DNA from: Candidatus Omnitrophota bacterium
GTDB taxonomy: Bacteria; Omnitrophota; Gorgyraeia; JAHJTE01
NCBI GenBank assembly: GCA_018830005.1
Contig: JAHJTE010000001.1
Span: forward strand, 257,332 to 321,331
Reading direction: 5' to 3'
DNA: 64,000 bases
Positions 20,257-28,720 of this stretch are shown here, in pieces. The position numbers and the translations under genes are program-made. How positions within the stretch are numbered: position 1 is the first letter of the stretch; the number at the start of each line of letters is the position of its first letter. The notes under the pieces are model-generated. The model searched no databases, was not told where the DNA came from, and was given only the letters and a program-made list of their open reading frames with translations.

Positions 20257-20389
20257 ATTTACAAAAGATTTCGAATCCTCCTAGCATGCAAGGGCGAAGA
20301 AGGACAATATTTTTCAGGATATCTGCCCTCTAAGGTAAGGGATGAGTTCTTAAGCATATGTAAGAGGAAATCAGGTAGGATCCTAGAGA
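20257..20389 (+). repeat. duplicated 5' fragment of a SAM-methyltransferase gene (copy A)
   Basis: Bases 20301-20389 match 21691-21780 at about 94% identity (5 mismatches in 90 nt). The translated fragment IYKRFRILLACKGEEGQYFSGYLPSKVRDEFLSICKRKSGRILE matches the N-terminus of the methyltransferase at 21630 and ends exactly before motif I. Confidence 0.85.
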
Positions 20390-20457
20390 GGCAGTAGAGA
20401 CACTGCTATATAAGAGATAAATTAAAAAAAGCGTCTTTAAAAAACAAAAACAATATA

Positions 20458-21606
20458 TTGATTGTGAAATCATTACTTGTTACTTTTGATTTTCCCCCTA
20501 TAGTCAGTGGAATTGGCACTGTTTTTTATAATATCTGGAGGCTAATGTCTCCAGAAAATAACTTTATTTTAGCCCCCAAGGTAAAAGGGTATAAAATAAT
20601 AGACAGTAGCAGCGGATTGAGTATATTCCGTTACTTTAGTTTTTGTCGCTCTGCTTTTTTGAGAGCAGTCATTTTATTTTTTTATACCTTTTGGATAGTT
20701 CGAAAAAAAAGGATAGATATTATAGTTTGTGGCGTTCCTGTCAGCATAGGTTTAATCGGATTAGTATTTAAAAAGATAGCCAGATTACCTTATTGCGTAT
20801 TTTATTATGGTGGAGAATTAGAGAAATATAAAAGACGCAAAATCATTTTAAGGCTATTAGAGAGGGTCCTTAAGAACGCTTGTTTTGTCATTGTCAATAG
20901 CGAGTTTACGAGTAAAGAAGTGAAGAAATTTGGCATAGAGGAAGATAAAGTTATAAAGGTTACGCCTGGTGTAGATGTGCAGATTTTTAAGCCAGATTTG
21001 GATTGTTCTGATTTAAAAAAGCGTTTAGGCCTTGAGAACAAAAAAGTATTATTAACTGTATCGCGCTTGGTAGAACGCAAAGGGATTGATGTGGTTATTA
21101 AGGCGTTAGCGAGGCTTAGTGAGAAATTTCCTAGTTTAGTATATTTAATTGTAGGCAGTGGCGAACAAGAGGGTTATCTTAAAGCCCTTGTTGAGAAAAA
21201 TTCACTGAACAAGAACGTTATCTTTATCGGTAAGGTTACGAATGAAGACCTGCCAAAATATTATAATCTTTGCGATATTTACGTTATGCCCAATAGGAAG
21301 ACCCTTGGTGAAGAGATTATAGAAGGTTTTGGTATTTCTTTTATTGAGGCTTCGGCATGCGCTAAGCCTGTTATTGGTGGTAATTCCGGAGGCGCAGGAG
21401 AAGCTGTTTGGGATAAGCGTACTGGGTTTTTAATTGACTCTGAAGATATAGATGCACTTGTGCAAAGTATTACTTGTTTATTAGAGGATGAGAAGCAAGC
21501 GGGTGAACTGGGTAATACTGGGCGCAGATTGATGCAAGAAGAGTTCAGGTGGCAATATCGCGCAGATAGCCTCAAAAAGATATTAAGCTGTTGTCTTCAA
21601 AAATAG
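20458..21606 (+). CDS. glycosyltransferase GT4
   Basis: Contains EGFGISFIEASACAKPVIGG. Paralog of the CDS at 12411; TTG start with no Shine-Dalgarno sequence. Confidence 0.8.
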   Translation: MIVKSLLVTFDFPPIVSGIGTVFYNIWRLMSPENNFILAPKVKGYKIIDSSSGLSIFRYFSFCRSAFLRAVILFFYTFWIVRKKRIDIIVCGVPVSIGLIGLVFKKIARLPYCVFYYGGELEKYKRRKIILRLLERVLKNACFVIVNSEFTSKEVKKFGIEEDKVIKVTPGVDVQIFKPDLDCSDLKKRLGLENKKVLLTVSRLVERKGIDVVIKALARLSEKFPSLVYLIVGSGEQEGYLKALVEKNSLNKNVIFIGKVTNEDLPKYYNLCDIYVMPNRKTLGEEIIEGFGISFIEASACAKPVIGGNSGGAGEAVWDKRTGFLIDSEDIDALVQSITCLLEDEKQAGELGNTGRRLMQEEFRWQYRADSLKKILSCCLQK

Positions 21607-21629
21607 CAAAAAACAAATTTTGATTCAGT

Positions 21630-22295
21630 ATGAGTATATTAAGCCGTATATATGAGAAGCTTAGATTTTTAATTGCGCGTAAAGGCGAAAAAGGAGAGTA
21701 TTCTTCAGGATATCTGCCTTCTAAGGTAAGGGATGAATTCTTAAGCATATGTAAGAGGAAATCAGGTAGGATCCTAGAGATTGGTTGCGGCGAGGGACTG
21801 TTTATTATAAATTTATTAAAGAAAGCTAAGGGATTGAAGATATTTGGCGTTGATATTTTACGAGAAGGCCTACTAAATGCCAAAGAGAAATTAAAGGCCC
21901 AAGATGCTAAAGCAGTAAACTTAATTGAATCTAACGGTAACGAGCTTTGTTTTAAGGATAACACCTTTGATTATGTAGTATGTTTAAATACGCTTTTTAA
22001 TTTGCCTTCTTTTGAAAATGTAAAAGGAATTATTGCTGAATCTGTGCGCGTGGCTAAAAAAGGCGCAGAGATTATAGTAGATATTAGAAATAAGAATGAT
22101 CTAGTTACGTCTTTACGTTATAGATTTGTTAAGCTTTATGATTCAAAATGCGCTGTAGCGTTAAGACAATATGACCCACAAGAGATTATTGAAATTTTTG
22201 AGCAAAATAACGCCGAGGTTCTAGAGGTTTTACCTATTAGAGCTTTTTTTAACTTAACTGTCCCTATAACAATTATTAAGGCCAAGAAAAGATAA
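21630..22295 (+). CDS. class I SAM-dependent methyltransferase
   Basis: Motif I LEIGCGEGLF and acidic loop GVDIL. The bases 21645-21780 of this gene are copy B of the duplicated fragment. Confidence 0.7.
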   Translation: MSILSRIYEKLRFLIARKGEKGEYSSGYLPSKVRDEFLSICKRKSGRILEIGCGEGLFIINLLKKAKGLKIFGVDILREGLLNAKEKLKAQDAKAVNLIESNGNELCFKDNTFDYVVCLNTLFNLPSFENVKGIIAESVRVAKKGAEIIVDIRNKNDLVTSLRYRFVKLYDSKCAVALRQYDPQEIIEIFEQNNAEVLEVLPIRAFFNLTVPITIIKAKKR

Positions 22296-23482
22296 TGATT
22301 TTAAAAAAAGTTCCTATAGTTGCTACAGACTTTAATATCCCTGATATCTTTTCAGTCTTTAGGGGTTTTAAGGCCAAGGAAAGATTCGAGAAAGAATTAG
22401 CCGCCTCTCTAGGTTTAAAATATGTTTTTACTGTTGATTCTGGCACTAGCGCTTTTTATCTTATATTAAAGGCGCTATCTTCAACTTATCCGGATAAAAA
22501 AGAAGTTGTTTTGCCTGCCTATACTGCTGCCTCATTGGTTTTACCTATAAAAAGATTGGGCTTAAAAATAGTTCTCTGTGATATTTCCTTGGATACTTTT
22601 AACCTAGATATAGAAGGTCTTAATAATTTGATCTCAAAAAATACTCTCTGTGTAACTGTAGTGCATCTATTTGGCTTGGTCTTTGATTTAGAGGCTTTTA
22701 GTAGTATTATCAAACGAAAAGGGATAGATACTATTATCGTTGAAGATTGCGCTCAAGCTTTAGGCTCTTTCATAAACAAACGATCTGTTGGTTCTGGAAG
22801 CGATGTGAGCCTTTTTAGTTTTAATCGAGGTAAAAATATGTCTACTGCTTCGGGTGGTGCAATAGGCGCAAATGATGATAGGTTGGCCGATTTGATTAGA
22901 AAAGAGATAAACATCTTAAGGGGCCCGTCAATTTTTAATAAGTTTATGATTATTGTAAAACTTATTTTGCTTTCTTTGGTTGTAAGGCCACTTATATATA
23001 ATTGTCTTTATCACGTATTAAAGACCTTTAGAAGCACAAAGACACCTATGGATTTTTCTGTCTCAAATTATACAGATGTACAATCTAGGGTCGGATTATC
23101 TTTATTAAAGAGATTGCATCTTTTTAGTAAAGCAAGACATTCAAACGGCTCGTTTCTTTATGATTTATTAAGTAATAAGCAGGATCTTATTATTCCTCAT
23201 ATTCTTAATCTCAGCATACCAGCCTATAATCGTTTTCCTGTTATATTCAGAGATATCCAGGTAAAAAAGAGGATTAGGACAATTCTTTCTGAAGCAGGCA
23301 TAGATAGTTCAGAGATGTATGAGCAGCCTTTGCATTTTAAATTCAATCTCGGATATAAAAAAGGAGATTTCCCTAATGCAGAATTTATTGCTGAAAGGCT
23401 TCTTACGTTGCCGAGCCATCCTTTAGTAAATAAGGCTATGTTGAATTTAATGCGGAAAATTTTTGATGAAAATTTGCAATGA
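22295..23482 (+). CDS. DegT/DnrJ/EryC1/StrS-family PLP-dependent sugar aminotransferase
   Basis: Contains SFNRGKNMSTASGGAI (the family's S-F-H-x-x-K-x-l-x-x-G-E-GG-A Schiff-base lysine region) and DCAQALGS. TAATG stop/start overlap with the upstream methyltransferase. Confidence 0.8.
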   Translation: MILKKVPIVATDFNIPDIFSVFRGFKAKERFEKELAASLGLKYVFTVDSGTSAFYLILKALSSTYPDKKEVVLPAYTAASLVLPIKRLGLKIVLCDISLDTFNLDIEGLNNLISKNTLCVTVVHLFGLVFDLEAFSSIIKRKGIDTIIVEDCAQALGSFINKRSVGSGSDVSLFSFNRGKNMSTASGGAIGANDDRLADLIRKEINILRGPSIFNKFMIIVKLILLSLVVRPLIYNCLYHVLKTFRSTKTPMDFSVSNYTDVQSRVGLSLLKRLHLFSKARHSNGSFLYDLLSNKQDLIIPHILNLSIPAYNRFPVIFRDIQVKKRIRTILSEAGIDSSEMYEQPLHFKFNLGYKKGDFPNAEFIAERLLTLPSHPLVNKAMLNLMRKIFDENLQ

Positions 23483-24642
23483 GTCTGATTAAAAGCTTAA
23501 AAAGAAAGATTTATAAGGCTGCCAGAGAGCCGGCTTACGCCTTGGCTGTTTTAATAAAGAGATTCGCCTCCTTATTTAGTTATTATGTTTTTCAAGGTAG
23601 AAGCAGTTGGCCCGAGACGGTTTCTTTGTTTTTGACTTACCGTTGCAATTTGGCTTGTTCGATGTGCGGCTATTGGGGAAAGTGCGGCTCTTTGAAAGAT
23701 AAAAAGGAGGATTGCCTTAGAGAAGATTTGAATCTTCAAGATTTAGAAAAGATTATCGATGATATAGCAGGCCTTGCGCCGAATATTACTCTTTTTGGCG
23801 GAGAACCGTTTCTCTATCCAGACTGGCCGGTGCTTGTAAAATATATAAAAAATAAAGGATTGCGTTGTAATGTCGTTACTAATGGTACGCTCCTTGCCGC
23901 AAGAGAGCAGGAGGTAATCGATTCTGGTCTTGATGAAATTATTTTTTCCTTAGAGGGCACACAGGAAATTCATGATAAGATTACCAATACCTTAGGTTCA
24001 TTTGATAAGGCCTTTAATGCACTTAGTAAGATTGCAAAGTTAAAGAAAATGAATAATCTGAGGTTACCCAAGATTAATGTTGCCACTACAATTTCGGAAG
24101 ATAATTTCTCTAATCTTTATGAAATATTTAAGACAGCAGAAAAACTCTCACCCGATACTATAACCTTTCATCATCTCTCTTTTGTGGATAGAGAAAGCGT
24201 TGCCAAAACCAATCGGATACTTAAAGATAATTTTGGCATACTAAGCCGAGATTGGGAAGGTTTCATCAGGAATGAACTGCCAAAGATTGATACCGCTGTC
24301 TTAATTGAAGAGATTAAAAAGATAGAGAGTTACCCGAAGGCTTGCGGTGTGTTTTTCTACCCTGATTTTAGACAAAAAGAAATAATAGAATACTACAAAG
24401 ATTTTAATTTTAAATCAAAACAATTTGCCAATCGTTGCTTAAGTCCCTGGATGACTGTTTACATATTCCCTGATGGAAAGGTGGGCCCTTGCGAGGAGTT
24501 GAATATTTATTTTGGCAATATAAAGAAAGAAAGTTTTAAGGACATTTGGAATAATCAGCAGTTTTGCAAATTCAGAAAGATTTTAAAGAGAGAGAGAATT
24601 TTTCCAGTTTGTACTCGCTGTACTGAGTTGTATCGATTCTGA
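23479..24642 (+). CDS. radical SAM protein with C-terminal Cys-rich SPASM/twitch-like auxiliary-cluster domain
   Basis: Radical-SAM cluster motif C-N-L-A-C-S-M-C (C-x3-C-x2-C) with a following GGEP motif. The C-terminal region carries additional cysteines (C..PW...C at about 321, C at about 340, C-x2-C-x5+ in FPVCTRCTELY). Confidence 0.75.
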   Translation: MSLIKSLKRKIYKAAREPAYALAVLIKRFASLFSYYVFQGRSSWPETVSLFLTYRCNLACSMCGYWGKCGSLKDKKEDCLREDLNLQDLEKIIDDIAGLAPNITLFGGEPFLYPDWPVLVKYIKNKGLRCNVVTNGTLLAAREQEVIDSGLDEIIFSLEGTQEIHDKITNTLGSFDKAFNALSKIAKLKKMNNLRLPKINVATTISEDNFSNLYEIFKTAEKLSPDTITFHHLSFVDRESVAKTNRILKDNFGILSRDWEGFIRNELPKIDTAVLIEEIKKIESYPKACGVFFYPDFRQKEIIEYYKDFNFKSKQFANRCLSPWMTVYIFPDGKVGPCEELNIYFGNIKKESFKDIWNNQQFCKFRKILKRERIFPVCTRCTELYRF

Positions 24643-24644
24643 AG

Positions 24645-25811
24645 ATGAAGAAAATAAAAATTATCCACATCATTACCCGCTTGGACAGGGGCGGTTCTTC
24701 AAGGATAGTACTGGATATTACAAAGTCCTTAAATAAGGATGATTTTAGTCAAAAGATTATCAGTGGGTTGACTAAAGATCCGGAGCAGGATTTGAATGAA
24801 TTTAGTAAACAGAGCGGGGTTCAAATTATATTCCTAGATTGCCTACGCAGAGATATTAATATCTTTTTAGATTTTTTTAGCTTGTTTAAATTGTATCGGT
24901 TGATTAAGAGAGAAAAGCCAGACATTATTCATACCCATACTTCCAAGGCAGGTTTTTTGGGTCGCTTAGCAGCAAGGATGGCTAAGGTAGAGGTTATTAT
25001 TTATATGCCACACGGCAATATTTTTTATGGCTACGCCGGAGCGTTATTATCTAGATTATTCGAAATACTTGAGCGATTTTGTGCTAATTTTACCGATATA
25101 ATCGTTACGCTTACTGATATTGGAAAGAAAGAGTTTCTTTCTAGGGGCATTGGGGGGCAAGAAAAGTTTGTCACGATTCATAATGGAATAGATTTTAAAG
25201 AATATGAACAAATTAATCTTAGAAGAGTAGAACAGTTAAAACAGGAGTTTAAGATAGCGAAAGATTGTGCTGTAGTCACTACTGTATCCAGGCTTGAGTC
25301 AGTTAAGGGGATAGAATTTTTTATTAAGGCTTTAAAACAGTTGGATAAAACCGGTGCTAATTTTAAGGCATTAATAGTGGGGGAAGGTTCCCTAAAGACT
25401 AAATTAGTAAAGTTTGCTAGGGTATTAGATTTGGAAGACAAAATTATTTTTTTAGGTTTCAGAGAAGATATAAAAGAGATTATTGCTTTATCTGATTGCG
25501 TAGTGAATCCAGCCTTAAATGAGGGCTTTGGCTTGGTTATTTTAGAGGCGTTTGCCTTAGCTAAGCCAGTCATCGCTACCCGGGTAGGAGGGGTGAGGGA
25601 GATTGTGGAAGATAATAATACAGGTATCCTTGTTCAGCCAGCAAATCCCGATGAGCTGACAGAGGCAATTGTCGAGGTTTTACAAAATAAAGAGAAGACA
25701 AAAGCATTAACATCTCAGGCGAAAACTAAATTAGAAAAAGAGTTTACAAAAGAAAAAATGTTAGCAAGCTTTAGAGACCTATACTTAAATCTTGCAAAGG
25801 GTAAAAAATAG
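24645..25811 (+). CDS. glycosyltransferase GT4
   Basis: Contains EGFGLVILEAFALAKPVIATRVGG, the classic GT4 motif. Confidence 0.85.
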   Translation: MKKIKIIHIITRLDRGGSSRIVLDITKSLNKDDFSQKIISGLTKDPEQDLNEFSKQSGVQIIFLDCLRRDINIFLDFFSLFKLYRLIKREKPDIIHTHTSKAGFLGRLAARMAKVEVIIYMPHGNIFYGYAGALLSRLFEILERFCANFTDIIVTLTDIGKKEFLSRGIGGQEKFVTIHNGIDFKEYEQINLRRVEQLKQEFKIAKDCAVVTTVSRLESVKGIEFFIKALKQLDKTGANFKALIVGEGSLKTKLVKFARVLDLEDKIIFLGFREDIKEIIALSDCVVNPALNEGFGLVILEAFALAKPVIATRVGGVREIVEDNNTGILVQPANPDELTEAIVEVLQNKEKTKALTSQAKTKLEKEFTKEKMLASFRDLYLNLAKGKK

Positions 25812-26501
25812 ATGATTATTTCAGTGCATCAACCACAATATTTACCCTGGTTAGGGTTTTTTGATAAGATTGACAGAAGCGATTGCTTTGTATTTTTAGA
25901 TAATGTCCAATATAAAAAACGCGAATTCCAAAACAGAAACAAAATCCGTACCAAAGATAGCTGGATATGGTTGACCGTACCCGTAATTACCAAAGGTTTA
26001 TATACTCAAAAGATTAACGAGGTAGAAATTGACAATGACCTTGATTGGTCTAATGATCATCTAAAAAGCATTAAATTTAACTATAGCCGTGCCCAGTTTT
26101 TTAAAGTTTATTTTGAATTTTTCCAAAAGCTCTATTCAAAGAAATGGCAAAGATTAGCTGATTTGAATGTGTTCATAATAAAGGAGATGCTTCTTTCTCT
26201 GGGAATCAGAAAAGATATTTATTTTGAGTCAGAGTTAGGTATAATCTCTGAAAAGTCTTGCCGGATAATAGATATCTGCAAAAGATTGAATGCTGATACA
26301 TATTTTTCTGGTGAGGGCGGCAGGGATTACCTTGATGAAAAACAATTTGAAAAGAATTCTATCAAATTAGTTTATCAGGATTTTGCGCATCCAGAATATG
26401 GGCAGTGCTATGGTTCATTCGTCAGCAATATGTCAATAATTGACCTTTTATTTAATCAGGGAAAAAATTCCTTGGAGATTTTAAGAGGCAAATTAGTTTA
26501 A
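25812..26501 (+). CDS. WbqC-like family protein
   Basis: Begins MIISVHQPQYLPWLGFFDKI, the hallmark N-terminus of the WbqC family (IHQPNYLPWLGYF); 229 aa; the ATG immediately follows the upstream stop. Confidence 0.75.
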   Translation: MIISVHQPQYLPWLGFFDKIDRSDCFVFLDNVQYKKREFQNRNKIRTKDSWIWLTVPVITKGLYTQKINEVEIDNDLDWSNDHLKSIKFNYSRAQFFKVYFEFFQKLYSKKWQRLADLNVFIIKEMLLSLGIRKDIYFESELGIISEKSCRIIDICKRLNADTYFSGEGGRDYLDEKQFEKNSIKLVYQDFAHPEYGQCYGSFVSNMSIIDLLFNQGKNSLEILRGKLV

Positions 26502-26504
26502 GCT

Positions 26505-27069
26505 ATGAATCGAGTAAAAAAGACAATATCCAATGTTGTATTGATTCTTGGTTCATTTTTATTTGTCCTGTTTATACTTGAGGCTGGCGTAAGGATATTT
26601 ATTCCGGTTGTAAAGCCTGCGATGATTGTAAAAAAGGCCTCGCCGAAAAATCTGGAGAAACCCTTAGCATTTCTAGAGTCGTTCTTTGAAGGGACCTTTT
26701 TGCGCAAAGGCTTAGTCCGATTTAGGCAGGGACAGAACTGTCTGGAATTAGAGAGGTTGGGATATTACAAAAGAGGAACTCAAGAAAATAAATACCCTTG
26801 CTAAAGGCACCGACGTATCTTTTGTAGTAATACGTATACATTTTTTGTATGATGTTTATAATCGCGGCGAAGATCAAGTGAGTAAAATTTTAGCTGAATT
26901 TGCTAAAAAGAATAACATTAACGTATGTGATCTATTAACAGCTCTCAGAGAGAACAGGGGCAGCGATTTATATTATCCGGCAGATGGACACTGGAAGCCT
27001 CTGGCTCATAAATTGGCAGCGGAAGGGATTTATAATTACTTAGTTGATAAGAGCTTATTAAATAAATAA
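26505..27069 (+). pseudogene. SGNH/GDSL-like hydrolase paralog, internally deleted
   Basis: The 99-aa N-terminal piece (TM segment plus VRFRQGQ) and the 74-aa C-terminal piece (LYYPADGHWKP) align to the two ends of the intact 351-aa paralog at 28717-29772 (LGFRGQE and IDEIHMSPKG), but they lie in different frames and the central catalytic region of about 180 aa is absent. Confidence 0.55.
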
Positions 27070-27083
27070 AGAGGTATTAGATT

Positions 27084-27758
27084 ATGTGTGATACTGCTGG
27101 TATTATTTTTGGAGTTAAAAATTTCTCTAAAGAAGAAATTGAAGGAAAGAGGATAATTGAGGTTGGTTCTTTTGATGAGAATGGAAGTTTGCGCCCTTTC
27201 ATTGAGTCGCTTAATCCTCGTGAATATATAGGAATAGACATTAAGGAAGGTCCGGGTGTAGACATGATTTGTAGCGTAGAGGAGATGGTAGAAAAATTTG
27301 GACGCGAGAGCTTTGACATTATTATTTCTACAGAGCTTTTAGAGCACGTAAGAGACTACAAGAGAGGTATTGCAAACATTAAAAATATCTGTAAACTAGG
27401 TGGCACAGTATTCATAACTACCCGTTCCTATGGTTTCCTTTATCATGGTTTCCCTAGTGATTACTGGAGATTTGAAGCCTCTGACCTGGAGTACATATTT
27501 TCAGATTGTCTTATTGAAAAAATTGAAAAGGATAAATACTCCCCGGGAGTTTTTATTAAGGTTAGAAAACCAAAAGACTTTAAGGAGAACGATTTAGCTA
27601 GTTTAGAACTATATTCCATTATTTTAGATAAAAGGACAAAAGAAATAAAACCTAAAGATATAAATATTTTTCAGAAGAGGAAAAATAGAAATCAGCGTGT
27701 TAAAAAAATAATAAATGATATAGGAAAATTATTTTATAGGATAGTAGAGAGATTTTAG
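27084..27758 (+). CDS. SAM-dependent methyltransferase (Methyltransf_11-like)
   Basis: Contains IEVGSFDENG and DIIISTELLEHV motifs; 224 aa. Confidence 0.6.
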   Translation: MCDTAGIIFGVKNFSKEEIEGKRIIEVGSFDENGSLRPFIESLNPREYIGIDIKEGPGVDMICSVEEMVEKFGRESFDIIISTELLEHVRDYKRGIANIKNICKLGGTVFITTRSYGFLYHGFPSDYWRFEASDLEYIFSDCLIEKIEKDKYSPGVFIKVRKPKDFKENDLASLELYSIILDKRTKEIKPKDINIFQKRKNRNQRVKKIINDIGKLFYRIVERF

Positions 27759-27848
27759 TCAATCCTTTTAAAATTAATCCAAGGCCGCAGTAGAGATTAA
27801 AAATTATTTTATGCAGATAGTTCCTTTGCAGCTAAATAAGAATCGACA

Positions 27849-28720
27849 ATGAAATCAAGATTATTAATTTACTTCAAGAGATCAGCTTTATTATTTATCG
27901 CTTTCAGTACAGTTGTTGCAATTTTATTCTTTATCTTTATCGCACCGCATAGAACCTTACCAATTTTAATGTACCATTCTATTTCAGCCGTTGAAGAGAA
28001 AAATAATCTGAGCCTGCCAAAGAATATTTTTGATAAGCAGATGCAATATTTGTCGAAAAATAATTATAAAATAATTTCTTTAAGCGAAGCTGCTAATTTG
28101 ATTAAACAAGGCTCGAGTATTCCAAATAATTTGTTGGTGTTAAACTTTGATGATGGCTATAGAGATTTCTATGGTCGGGCCTATACCATACTTAAAAAAT
28201 ATCAATTTAAGGCAACGGTTTTTGTAATTATTGATTCTCTCGGAGAAAAAAATAATCTAAGCTGGGAACAGGCGCAGGATTTAGCAAAAGACGATTTAAT
28301 AGATATTGGCGCCCATTCCTTAAGCCACAGAATTTTGCCTTTATTATCCCGCGAAGAAGCCAGGAAAGAAATTTTTCTTTCAAAATTGATTTTAGAGACA
28401 AGATTAAACAAAACTATAGAATCTTTTTGTTATCCTTATGGTGTGCTAGATGATTCCATAAAAGAGTTGGTTAAGGAGGCTGGTTTTGACCCGCTGTAGG
28501 TACTGCTTATCAGAAGGAGGAGTTTAAAGACGATGATATCTACACATTAAAAAGGGTATTTGTTTCCAAATTTTCTAAGTACCCACTTGTTTTTAGATTT
28601 ATGATTTCTGGTTATTATGTTCCTATAAGAGGATTCCTCCTAAGGCTATTAAATATAAAAACTCCGCGCGATTTTTACGCTGCAAAAAGACAAAAATCTT
28701 ATTTACTGATACAGAAATGA
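27849..28720 (+). pseudogene. polysaccharide deacetylase (NodB/CE4) with a -1 frameshift near 28496 (or an assembly error)
   Basis: The track ORF stops at 28499 after AGFDPL. The -1 frame continues as VGTAYQKEEFKDDDIYTLKRVFVSKFSKYPLVFRFMISGYY..., which aligns with the C-terminus of the paralog at 1040-2083 (NRHDEDIFLLKRLFIAEDNLAQFVYKISG). It ends with TGA at 28718-28720, forming an ATGA overlap with the next gene's ATG at 28717. Motifs LNFDDGYRDFY and IGAHSLSHRIL are present. Confidence 0.7.

Noticed and set aside
23479-24642. SPASM-type radical SAM as a RiPP (ranthipeptide or sactipeptide) maturase
   Set aside because: Both flanks are occupied by overlapping enzyme genes (DegT upstream, GT4 starting 3 nt downstream). 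There is no room for a precursor-peptide ORF and no peptidase or exporter nearby, so a carbohydrate substrate is more plausible.
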